Assembly (NCBI RefSeq): GCF_046119375.1
Contig: NW_027362767.1
Coordinates: 265,794,001-265,858,000, forward strand
Source of the DNA: Phyllobates terribilis
Lineage: Eukaryota
DNA: 64,000 bases
Direction of reading: 5' to 3'
Shown: in pieces, positions 1 through 11,400 of the stretch
Layout of the letters: each line of letters begins with the position of its first letter
Position numbering within the stretch: position 1 is the first letter of the stretch
Translations under genes and position numbers: made by a program
Notes under the pieces: model-generated
What the model saw: only the letters and a program-made list of their open reading frames with translations
What the model was told of the DNA's origin: nothing
The model's database searches: none

Positions 1-540
1 ACTACCACCAAGGCTGTGCCAACCACCAAACTCCAGAACTGTACTACCACCAAATCTGTGCCAACTACCAAGCATCAATACAGTACTACCACCAAGGCTG
101 TGCCAACCACCAAACTCCAGAACTGTACTACCACCAAATCTGTGCTAGTACCACCAATACAGTACTACCACCGAGAATGTGCTAACTACCAAGCATCAAT
201 ACAGTACTGCCACCAAGGCTGTGCCAACCAAACCCCAGTACTGTACCGCCAGCAAGACTGTGCCAACTACCAAGCATCAATACCATCATGACTGTACCAA
301 CCACCAAGCATCAATACAGTACTACCACTGAGGCTGTGCCAACTACCAAGCATCAATACAATACTATCACCGAGGCTGTGCCAACTACCAAGCATCAATA
401 CAGTAATACCACCATGACTGTACCAACTGCTGAGCCAATACAGTACTACCACCCTATCTGGGCCAACCAGCAAGAATAAATACAGTGCTACCACCAGGAC
501 TGTGCCAACCACCAAGCTCCAGTACCATACTACCACCATT
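1..540. repeat. Degenerate 36-42 bp ACC/ACT-rich tandem repeat in a PAXX intron
   Basis: Recurring units such as ACTACCACCAAGGCTGTGCCAACCACCAAACTCCAGAACTGT. Lies downstream (minus strand) of the PAXX donor at 585. Confidence 0.8.
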
Positions 541-585
541 GTGGCCAGTTGTCTTCTCAGATGCCAATGGTTAACAAGAACTTAC

Positions 586-1941
586 CGCAATTTCTCCAGC
601 AGATCATGAGACGTTAGATTACGGACCGCGTCCTGGAATACAGAAGTCAGATGTGAAGAGAAGCGTGATACCACTCGGCAGGTGCACGATGAGGTCACTA
701 CTGGGAGGACAGTGATGTCATCTGTGTCACGTGACCAACATGGCATATTAGAATGCGTGAATGACAGCCACCTTACCCAGTCCTCCAGAGCCTCCTCTAC
801 GGGGTCCGTCCTCCACACTTCATTGGCGTTAGTCACACTGTGCAGAGAGGAGAAGATGAAATGAATAACGTCTGCAGATACACAATACATCAAATGGCCG
901 CACACGGGTTAGAGGCACCTGGTGGTGCTATCACTGTCATATGGCCATATAGTGTGGGAATAGCTATACCTCATACAGGATGGTGCCCACACAATGGTCA
1001 GAGGTTGCACACTGCTATTTTACATATTTTTTTTCCCCAGGCAGCACTGCCCTAAAGACTCCAGAGCCGTAACATCACAGGGCTGTAGTGGAAGCCCTGT
1101 ACAGGAGACTAATGCCACCGGCAGGACTACTTACAGCCTAGGGCGTATGCCATCCATTCCTGGCTGTCTAACCCTTTGATCAAGAGTGACCCCTATATGA
1201 TTACAGGAGACTCCCTTCCCCCGATCCAGATACCTATTAACCAGTTAACTCTATATAGATAGATATTACACACACAAATACACACACAAACAGATGCGAT
1301 AAGGAGCTGGGGTGTCCTTATACAGTCAGCCCTGGGGACTTAGACAGGACCCTTTAAGGGATTTTTAACCCCTTCGCCATAACTTTTTTGGGTTTTGTTT
1401 TTATGGTGATCGTTGTGCGGTAAATATCACCTGGCAGCACCATTCTCCAGGTGATTTCTGTGATATCAAAGGTAGAAGTATTTTTAAATTTAGCAGTTAA
1501 AAAAAAAATACAATTCAGAACCTTTAAAAAAATATTTGTGTCGCCATTTTCTGAGATCTGTACTTTTTTTTTTTTTTTAACATTTTTCCATCAATGGGGC
1601 CGAGTGAGGTCCAGTTTTTTACGCCCTGGGCTAGGACTTATACACATAGCGTATGGTTGCCAGAGTTATCCCCGACTTAACTCTTTGTGCACTTTTTTTT
1701 TTTTTCAACTCAACCGGGCAAGGACTTGGGACAGCTATAGTTAACCATCTGTACACCTTCCTCCCTCATTAATTATGGCTGCTATGCAACAAACAGCCCT
1801 GACAACATGGCCGCCCCCCTGCAGCCCTGGCATGGAGGTCACTCACTGGATCCTGGTGCCAGGCTGGATCTTACTGAGGCACAGGTACCGCTGGCCAGCA
1901 TGGCTCACACTGCACAGGCAGGACCAGGCCTCTGCGGCCAT
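586..1941 (-). CDS. PAXX: PAXX non-homologous end-joining factor (C9orf142), 5' part; continues beyond window start
   Basis: Exons 1941-1847 (ATG in GTCACCATGG Kozak; donor GTGAGT), 837-777 and 632-586, with phases 2/0/2 consistent. Product MAAEAWSCLCSVSHAGQRYLCLSKIQPGTRIHVTNANEVWRTDPVEEALEDWDAVRNLTSHDLLEKLR aligns with recalled human PAXX (LCTLP...RFVCYC; YVTDAAELWST; ...EDITPRFR). Human PAXX is at 9q34.3 near EDF1/MAMDC4. Confidence 0.8.
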
Positions 1942-1970
1942 GGTGACGTACAGGATCACTTCCTGCAGCA
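1800..1970. promoter_or_regulatory. Candidate promoter motifs around the PAXX start (YY1-like, CRE half-site, ETS)
   Basis: CAACATGGCCGCC near 1803, GTGACGTA near 1943, CACTTCCTG near 1957. Motif match only. Confidence 0.35.
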
Positions 1971-2549
1971 GGAAGAGGGAGGCCATAATGGGAGTGATCA
2001 GCCCTGGGAGGAGTCTGCAGGATTAACCCTTAAGACACAAGATAAAAGGCAGGCAGGAAAGTTTATATTGAGAGGATTTGTAAGGAGCTGACCTCCATCA
2101 TTGCCAGTGACCCTGGGAGAATGGGAGTTGTGGTCAATGATGGAGCAGATGGTGAGGTTTCCTGTCATTCACTTTTCTATATTTAACCCCCGCTGCACTG
2201 AAGAGGTAAAAAACATCACATAATTGTCCTGCGACTTTTCATACTCTAGGGTTACATTCACATCTGCCAGATTTTTTTTGCAAAAACAATTCTGCAGCTA
2301 TTAATCAATCCCAGTCATCTAAGTGAGGTTATCCCTGCAGCTGAGGCTGGCATTTAGGTACGCTTCATTCAGATGATGGTACAGATGATTCTGCTTCTAC
2401 ATCACCCGATCGTCAATTCTCACCGGATATCATGTAGGACAGGGGTGCGATACCTGCCAGACGCCACATCACCTCCATGGTTATCCCCCTGATGCTCTGT
2501 AGAAAAATTCTACGTTTTTTTTTTTCTATGAGCAGACGGATGTCACATT

Positions 2550-4370
2550 CAGGAATCTGGGAAAGCTGGGTGACAACCAGTACAGCCACCATTATTGATC
2601 CCATAAGGTTGTCATTGAGCTTTCCTAGATTCCAGCATGGATAACCTGCCTAGTTTTGCTCTAATATTTCCCTTGCTTCTATATCTCTAAACTAGACAGG
2701 TTTACCATTCAGGAGTCTAGAAAAGCTGTCTGACAACCAGAATAACCAACATCATTGTAACTGAGCTTTCCTGGATTTCCAGAGCGGCTATCCTGCCTAG
2801 TTTCCCTCTGATAAATAGCTTGTATTTATATTTTTTGTATAACTTATCAGGTTTGTCATTCAGGAGTCTGGGAAAGCTGTCTGACAACTAGAATAACTTC
2901 AAATTTTGCTCCCTTAAGGGTTGTCATTGAGCGTTCCTAGATTCATAAACTCCTATCCTCCTTACTTTTGCTTTGATTACATCTCTTTTTTTGTACCACT
3001 GTATAATTAGGCAGGTTTACCATTCAGGAGTCTAGGAAAGCTGGCTGACAACCAGTATAATCTCTATTATTGCTCCCACTAGGGTTGTCAGTGAGCTTTC
3101 CTAGATTCCAGCATGGCTATCCTGCCTAGTTTAGCTCTGATACATCCCTTGGTGGTATATCTATGTGTAAATAGGCAGGCGTCTGGGAAAGCTGGCTGAC
3201 AACCAGTATAACTTGTAGTAATCCTCTTATAGGGTTGTCACCCAGCTTTTCTAGATTCCTGACCATTACAATTTTGTCGCTGCGATATTTTATAGTGAAT
3301 GTGGATGCAGTAAAATTTAGTCGGTTCGGATTTTTGGGTCACGTGACCACGACTTTGCGATCTTAAAATTGCTTAAAAATTATTGCTCTCTTTTTATATT
3401 TGTCAATCAGGAGTGTGGGAAAACTGGGTGACAACCCGTCTAGGAGCCATAATGATTGACAGCCAGGGCAGTAGATGTAAGTGGCACGGGGAGGGAAACC
3501 CCACTATTTGGGGTGTGTGGAGTGGAGGACACAGTAACCGGCAGCTGCTCCCTGCCTCCTGGAGGACGGTCCTCACCGCTGATTGGAGAAACTCAAGGAA
3601 AACTCATTGATCTTGGAAGGAAAAGTGCAGCAAAGCTACAAAACGTCTCATCAGCCCAGGGGCAAGGAGGACACAGGTAAGACGTCCCTGCACGGGTCAC
3701 ACAACACAACAGCCCATACTGTGCCGCCACTTATTACACCTGCACCAGGTATATGGCAAATAGAGGGAATTCTGCTAATCTGGCATCCGCAGGATCTGAT
3801 AATCTGGCACTGATTTACGATTGAGAAATGCAATATATGGCGGAATTTCACAAAACTGAAGGATCACAAGAAAATAAAGAGATCCCTCTAGCCCCATAAT
3901 CTGGAATATCTGATAATCGTTACCATTAACATCAGATTAAGGGAATTTTGGAAGTATTACTTTAGATATAGGACAGCATGGCAGTGAGCACTCCAAGTGT
4001 TCCTGTAGGAAATTGATTTCTTAGCAGGTAGATGTACCATTCAGGAGCCTGCGAAAGCTGTCTGACAACCAGTATGACCTCCATTATTGCTGCTATAAGT
4101 GTTGTCAGTCAGCTTTCCTAGATTCCTGAACGGCCATTCTTCCTAGCTTTGTTCTGATTCATCCTTTGCTTCTTTGACTCTGTATCTTCTATTTCTGACA
4201 ACCAGTATGACCTCCCTTATTGCTCCTATAAGCGTTGTCAGCGAGCTTTCCTAGATTCCTGAACAGCTATCCTGCCTAATTTTGCAGGTTTGCCATTCAG
4301 GAGTCTGGGAAAGCTGGCTGACAACCCGTACAGCTGCCATTCTCCCTCCCAAGTTTGTCTAGGACTAGGC
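2550..4370. repeat. Array of at least 8 short inverted-repeat (hairpin/MITE-like) units, period about 150-165 bp, in two clusters
   Basis: Left arm GGAATCTGGGAAAGCTGGGTGACAACC (2552) and right arm GGTTGTCATTGAGCTTTCCTAGATTCC (to 2633) are near reverse complements. Copies start near 2550, 2710, 2861, 3025, 3181, 3408 (partial), 4041, 4195 and 4297. Confidence 0.75.
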
Positions 4371-5432
4371 AGCAAATTTGTCACAGCGACATTTTAGTTC
4401 ACTGCTAAACTTGCAACTAATGAGGGGCTCCCAAAGGTGCTGTATAATGGGGGCCCCCAAAGGCGCTGGATAATGGGGGTGCCCACATGTCTCTCCATTG
4501 GGCACTTTTTCTTAAATTTCGGCAGTCACACCTCATCACCTCTCCGCACGGGACTGATACCGATGCAAAAAAGCCGCAGTGAAATCTGCAGCGGCACAAA
4601 ATGCACAATGTGATTTTTTTTTTTTTTTTTTTTTTTTTATAAAAATGTGGAATTTCAGCAAATTGTACCCAATCCACTGCAGAGGGATGAAAGCAGTGAC
4701 AATTCTGAAATTGAATGTCCATATTTGCAAATTATTATTTTTTTAACACAGTTTGGATGTGATTTGGTAATGCACCTTTCTAGTGTGAAAATATCCTAAA
4801 GCTAAGTTCACACGTCACATATTTTTACACAGTGGATCTGCAATAAATCTGTTCATGTTACACCCGGATTTTGCTGCGGATTCAGCACAGATTTTCCATT
4901 TTCCATGCTGCATTTTGAAAAATCCGCACCACACAAATTCCGTGCAAAAAATGTCCACAATGTGCAGATTTATTGAAGCCTTATCTCCTTAGCTGGTACT
5001 GTGTTACGCTGTGGATTTTCTGCGCAGATACCACAACCCAGGGCCGGATCCTTACTCGATGGAAAACGGCGGCACATATCATGTTCCACTGACTTATATT
5101 GGGGTCTATCCGGCTCTAACCACCATCTTCATAAAAAAAATTGCGCTTCATTCAGTACTTTTTTCACCCCCCGTCAGGAACAACAGAAACTATGAGGGAA
5201 AAACGTAAAGCCGACAAGAACGTGGCCCTTTAAGTGTGCAAAGTTCTCAAGATGTTTCAGCCTCCGACTTCTAACATGTTGTCCACCGAAGTCTATGGGG
5301 CTATAAGTAACCTGGATGATTTTACATGTGGGGGCATAGTTGCGTCTTATTATGGAAAATAACAAGGAGATGATGTACTCTGGGTGGAGTTACCCTTTAA
5401 AATCCAAACATATCCTCTGCTTGTTTTGGCAG

Positions 5433-8400
5433 GCACCTCATGGTGACAGAAGAGCTAACAATTAAGACTGTAGTCATGGACAGCCTCTTGCCCCGGCTCC
5501 TCTCCCCGTTGCCAGACGAAGTGCAGGAATGCGTCGCCCTGTTGATGGGTGAAGTTCAGAGTCAATGTGAAGAATTGGTGGAGGCTTTGATAAAAGATCC
5601 TCAGTGTGATCAGTACCTGGCTGCCCTGTGCCGATTCCTGCACACCGCTAATATTCGGTAAGCATTATCCACTCCATATATTACAGGGTGGATCGTAGTA
5701 ATGCCAACATACATATCATGCACTAATAATACCGCCATGTGGTGCTTACATGAATGTACCATACAGTGATATTAATGAGTGGTATGGAGCTGGATACAGT
5801 TTTGGAGTAACCTGTCCAGGGTTTACTAGATCAGTAGAGGGTTCCCAGCGGATGGAACGGGCACGATAAGAGAACTTCTTCCTACCCCTTAACCACCTCC
5901 TTGTAGACTACACCATTGGGTCATGTCAGGATAAGTGAAGGCGATCCCCTACTATAATTGCGATCATAACAAGACGATATTATTAGACATTCTCTAGATT
6001 TGCCTCTCGCTCAATGCCAGTCAGCTGCCTTTCAGCACATACATTCATGTATTACTCCAGGGTGAAGGTAACATGACGGCGCTCCAATCCTGTACACTTG
6101 GCCTCATTAGACGAGTCGTAGAGAGGACATTAGTGGCTTTAACGCAGATTGTCCTCCAGATACACACATCAAACAAGCTGCGGATGAAGTGTACTCAGGG
6201 TGGAGGGTGACTCTGCTGCGGCCTGGACCTTTCGTTGGGGATCATAGCATAATAGCGAGGCTAAACATAATATATCCGCAGGGTAAACACATCCCTTAAG
6301 AAGCATGACAGATCCTCGGCAACCGAGCCTAAAATACATTGTAGGTTAAATAACAATCGCGGTCGAGCAAACACGTGCGACCAATGGGGAAAATGTCAAC
6401 GAGGTCGTGTTCACCCGCTGCTAACTGCTGGCCTCGGTCTTAGGAGGGAGGACGGTTCATCCCTATCTTTCTATTACTGCGAGCAACTGCAATGGCAGAA
6501 TTTCATAGCAAATTGGGAGAAAATCTCCGTCATTCACATAAAATTTACCCCCCCGGTGTATAATGTCTGGCCCCATCGCCCCCCTCCGGTGTATAATGTC
6601 CGGCACAACCGCCCCCCTAGTGTATAACGACCGGCCCCATCGCCCCCCCCCTTCCCTGGTGTATAACGTCCGACCACCCCATATGGACAATTATAGCTTC
6701 CGACTTTGTGGGAACAGTTTGGGGAAGACCCTTTTCTGTCCCCCGTGACTGTGCCCAGTGCATAAGCTCCATACAGACATGGGGGGGAGAACATGACCGG
6801 CTGCACAAAGCCCGGACCTCAGCCCCATCCAAGAATGGAGATTGTGAGCCCGGTCTCCCCCAACATCAGGGTCTGACCTCACAAATGCTCTCCTGGATGA
6901 AGGGGCAAAAATCCACACAGACTACCAAAACTTTGTAGAAGTCCTTCCCAGAAGAGCAGGGGTCATTATATCTGCATAGGGGAAGACTCCATATTATGTG
7001 TAGGGATGTAGGCTGGGTGGTCAAAGAAAACCCAGGAGGGGGCACATACTTTTTCGTGTACATTAGAATAGTGGGACGGTGGTTTGCAGATCGCACCCTG
7101 GTTACAGTCAGGGTCACCCTGTGTCAGTCTTTTCCTATGTGACCAGTCCGGGATTAGTGAGGGCTCTCTCTACGTTCTCAGTGATTGTGCTGGAAATCCT
7201 TCTGGTCTGCTTGTTTACATGCCCAGCCCCGCGGCCGCCTGTCTGTAATCCTGCGCCTTTCAGATCCGCTGGCACCTTTCCATTCCTGGCTCCACAAGTC
7301 TCCGCTTGCTTACAAAGTGTTACCCCAGTAACTGGTGAGCAGAGCTGGCTTCATGTTGTTTACCAAGAGCCTCTCCTCCCTGCGCCCGCCATGCAGAGGT
7401 GACTGAGGCCATCTACCCGCCTACATGCCCTAATAATACTGCCACCCCTGCACCGAGCATGGGGTGATATAAAGGGGTGATGCCGGGACCCCCGGGCTGA
7501 GTGATCAATACACACAAGTACCTCTGTGTCCATCCAAACATTGCACCAAGCAGCTGCAATGTATTATCTGCTATGTGCTCACTGTATGGCAGTATTATAC
7601 GGGCATTATACTGCACTGTATGGGGTTTCTATTTAGTACTGCAGATTCTGATATGATATGACTCCTGTTGTTGCAGCCTCTGCAGTAATGTTGCCTACAT
7701 TCTTGGCATGGTGGCGGAAGATCCCGGAGTTGCAATCATGTTGGTGAACCTGGCAGAAATAGCGACAGACTGGGACTTGCTGGGGGGACTGGGAGCGATG
7801 CTGCTATGGGATGATGCAGAATCTGTGATGAATGCAGCTGGTGCCCTGGGAACACTGGTGAGAGATGAGCCGGACTGCTGAGAGTGGGTGTCCAGACTGT
7901 GCCATAGGAATGTGGGCCCATAAAGTATCATTATATATGGGGCCTCTGGTATTATACTCCAGAGCTGCACTCACGATTCTGCTGGTACAGTCACTGTGTA
8001 CATGCATTACATTACTGACCCTGAGTTACATCCTGTATTATACTCCAGAGCTGCACTCACTAATCTGTTGGTGCAGTCAGGGCTGTGGAGTCGGAGTCGA
8101 GGAGTCGGTATAAAATGGACCGACTCCAACTCCTAAAATATATAATAAATTGGGTACAGTAGTTCAGTGCAGTTTGTGGGGAATATTTTTTCATAAGAAT
8201 TTGGGAAAGTTATGAAATGTCCTATAAATGTCTGTCCTATTCCTGATCTAAGGGTCTAGACTTTTAGCTGAGAGGAATCTGTGCTACAGTAAATTTATCA
8301 CTTACACATGAGCCGTGTATGAGGGAGTCAGAGTCGGTGTCATGGAAATTGAGGAGTCGGAGGTTTGGCTTACCAACCCCACAGCCCTGGGTGCAGTCAC

Positions 8401-11400
8401 TGTGTAAAAACATTGCATCACTTATCCTGTATTGATCCTAAGTTACATCCTGTATTATACTCCAGAGCTGCACTCACTATTCTGCTGGTGCAGTCACTGT
8501 GTACACACATTGCATTACTGATCCTGTACTGATCCTGAGTTACATCCTGTATTATACTCCAGAGCTACACTCACTATTCTGCTGGTGCAGTCTCTGTGTA
8601 CATACATTACATTACTGATCCTGTACTGATCCTGAGTTACCTCCTGTATTATACTCCAGAGCTGCACTCACTATTCTGCAGTTTCTGAGCTGACGCCCTG
8701 TTGCTCTCTTTGCTGCAGTGACTTTGGCAGGTTGTAGTTTTGCCGGTGTCACATCAGAAAGATCCGGTTACCAGTGCATTCTGTGGCAGGTAACTCCGAT
8801 CATTCAGTGATATGTTGCGGCTTCTTATGACTTTGCACCGTGTGTGTGAATACAGATCCAGTCGTGAGCCATGCGGTGGATGTGGGACGGTGATCAGACA
8901 TTGATGACTGAGCTGATGACATTTCTTCCTACAGGCGGAGAGCGGCCATGGCAGACATTGGCTCCTCTCCTCTGCAGATTCTGACTTCATCATCGAGAAC
9001 ATCACAAAACTCCTGGATTCTCCAGATGACTGGACCGCCAGCAACTGTGCCCTGGTGCTCGCCCGCATCTCAATGTGCCAGGAGGGGTGCACACGTCTCC
9101 TGGAGCATCCAAACTCTGACATAGTACTACAGAAGATAATGGCATCCCTCCATGTGGATGAGGCAGGTAAGAGAAAGAAAGAATCCAAGCATTGATACTA
9201 CCTACATCAGAGGCACCGCTGTGCCCCAAGATGCCAGCTAAGTGGCACTGTATACTCACAAAATAATACTGAAGACAGTGGAAATGCTGTGACTCTGCTG
9301 CTTGGGCTCTTGTATGATTTGCATTGACTTCTGTGGAGTACAGGCCTTGCTGCAGCTGTCACATTAGGTCACACTTGCCATCAGCTGCCACCTCTGGTGC
9401 CACGTTGTGTCGGCAATCTGTGGTTGTGGCGGCAATCTATGGTTGTAGCTTCCAGGTCAATGCATCTCCTCTCTCTCTTAGGCTGTGGTCTGAATGCGGC
9501 TTTTACTCTCGGACGTCTGTGCGACACGGACAGAGGCAGGAGACGGGTGCTGGCTCTGCAGGAAGCCGACAACATGGTGAGTGCAATTACCACACATTCC
9601 CAAAATTGCATTTACTTAGATTGTGACCCAAGTGTCAGGTCGCCTCTCCCCGGCCGTCCCCCGAGTGTCAGGTCGCCTCTCCCCGGCCGTCCCCCGAGTG
9701 TCAGGGCGCCACTCCCTGAAGTCTGCATGCCCTCTGCCCCTTCAGGAGTAGATTGCCGCTGTCACCTCTGGTAAAGTCATGTCTTCCCCTGATAAGTCTA
9801 GATCTGCAGCCTGGAGGCAATGATGTCCGGAGGAGATGCCGGCGGAAGCAGAAACGCTTGCTTTGCCCTCACGTGCCTTGCGACTAGCCCAGCTGGCCAC
9901 CAGCATGTCCTGAAGAGCCCGCACTTCCCACAGGTCCTGGAGACGCTCTGCCACCTCCTGCAGTCCAGCGAGCAGGACTCCTGCTGGTTTGCTGCCATGT
10001 AAGTTCTTCAGTTTCCCTTTGTTTTGCAGGCGCCACTTGAGTTTCACTTCACAAAGACACTGACTCCCGGACGTGGCCCTGGCACCGGCGCTGACGCCAA
10101 AATCACGCCACCATTCTGCAAATGTTGAAACTTATACTTGCTGACCCTCTAAGGTTTCCTCCATCAGATCGGATCATTAAATGGTTGCGATGCCACCTTT
10201 TACAATACCGCACCCTCGTTATCAGTGCCACATTTATAATATCGCACCCTGAGTATCAGTGCCACATAATCATCTTGGTGAGGATGCTTACACACAAATT
10301 TTTATTTCTAGAACTGTCAAGGGATTATCCAAGTTTCCTTCAGGAGTTGTGAGACTGCGGCAGCACCCAACGCTCGAAGCGATCCTAAAAGTAAGTGTCC
10401 CAGACCTGTGGTTAGGGGATGTGTGGGATCGGAGAAACATGGCGGCACCACAGCTGCCCGTTTACTACCCGGAACACTCGCCAGCTCTCCGGGGAATATC
10501 CAGGAGGCTCAGGGAAAGAGGAGGAATCTCCTGGACACCGCAGAAGCCTTCTGTAAATTGTCACTTTCTGAAGGTCTCTGGTGTGCGTTGCTGAGATACT
10601 TTGACACCGGACTGAGCCCCAGCATCCAGACGCACATTTAGGGTTGGGAAATTGGGGTTTAGGGGGATCATGGCGATGAAAAAAAGTAAGTGCAAGACCA
10701 CATCCTGAGATCTTCACTGTGTCATATGAGAACTAAGGAGGCCTCACCATTAATCTACATCTGCCATAGACGAATGCCCTGCCCCCTCTCACTGCTGTCT
10801 CTCCAGAGAGTCTCTGTATCTGTTGTCTCTATGGAAACCCCCCATAAATACTTTACTGGTAACGGTGCTGTCACCGATGAGTTTAATGGTGAACTAGTTA
10901 CCATGGAGACCATTGTCATGGATATTCCAGGAGAAAAGACAATTATATCAGCGGAGGACGCAGAAGGCCGGACTGATAGCGCCCAGGATGAATCCTGCAC
11001 ACATCGTACCTAGGTTATTTCAAGGGGGATTTTGTAACCGTAGTAGAAATGTTGCCGATTCCTAGTAAATCGGCGGTGAGTGAGCCAGGATGGGGGTCTT
11101 GGGGTCATATTGTAAATGTACATACGGTGATCAGCTGGAAATCTCAGCTCGGCATCTGGTGACAACGGCAACTAGAAAACAGGCTCAGATAAACCTCAAA
11201 ACAGTGGGTCTTGCGGGGTGTTGCCAGTATATGGCGGGCCTTGCGGGATGATCCCGGTACACGGTGGATCTTGCTGGGTGATCCCGGTACACGGTGGGCC
11301 TTGCAGGGTGTTGCCTGTATATGGCGGGCCTTGCGGGGTGATCCCGGTACACGGTGGGCCTTGCGGGGTGTTGCCTGTATATGGCGGGCCTTGCGGGGTG

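Noticed and set aside
16-479. Thr-rich mucin-like ORFs (TTTKAVPTTK...)
   Set aside because: Frameshift near 290, stop codons, no splice context; an intronic tandem repeat on PAXX's antisense strand.
1807-2091. ORF MAAPLQPW... as the first exon of the ARM-FN3 gene
   Set aside because: Overlaps PAXX exon 1 antisense; its possible donor near 2079 is phase 0 and does not fit the 5433 acceptor; the ATG context is better explained as a YY1-like motif.
7146-7210. Possible extra exon (PGLVRALSTFSVIVLEILL)
   Set aside because: Weak donor, and the 5657 to 7677 join already gives a continuous ARM repeat.
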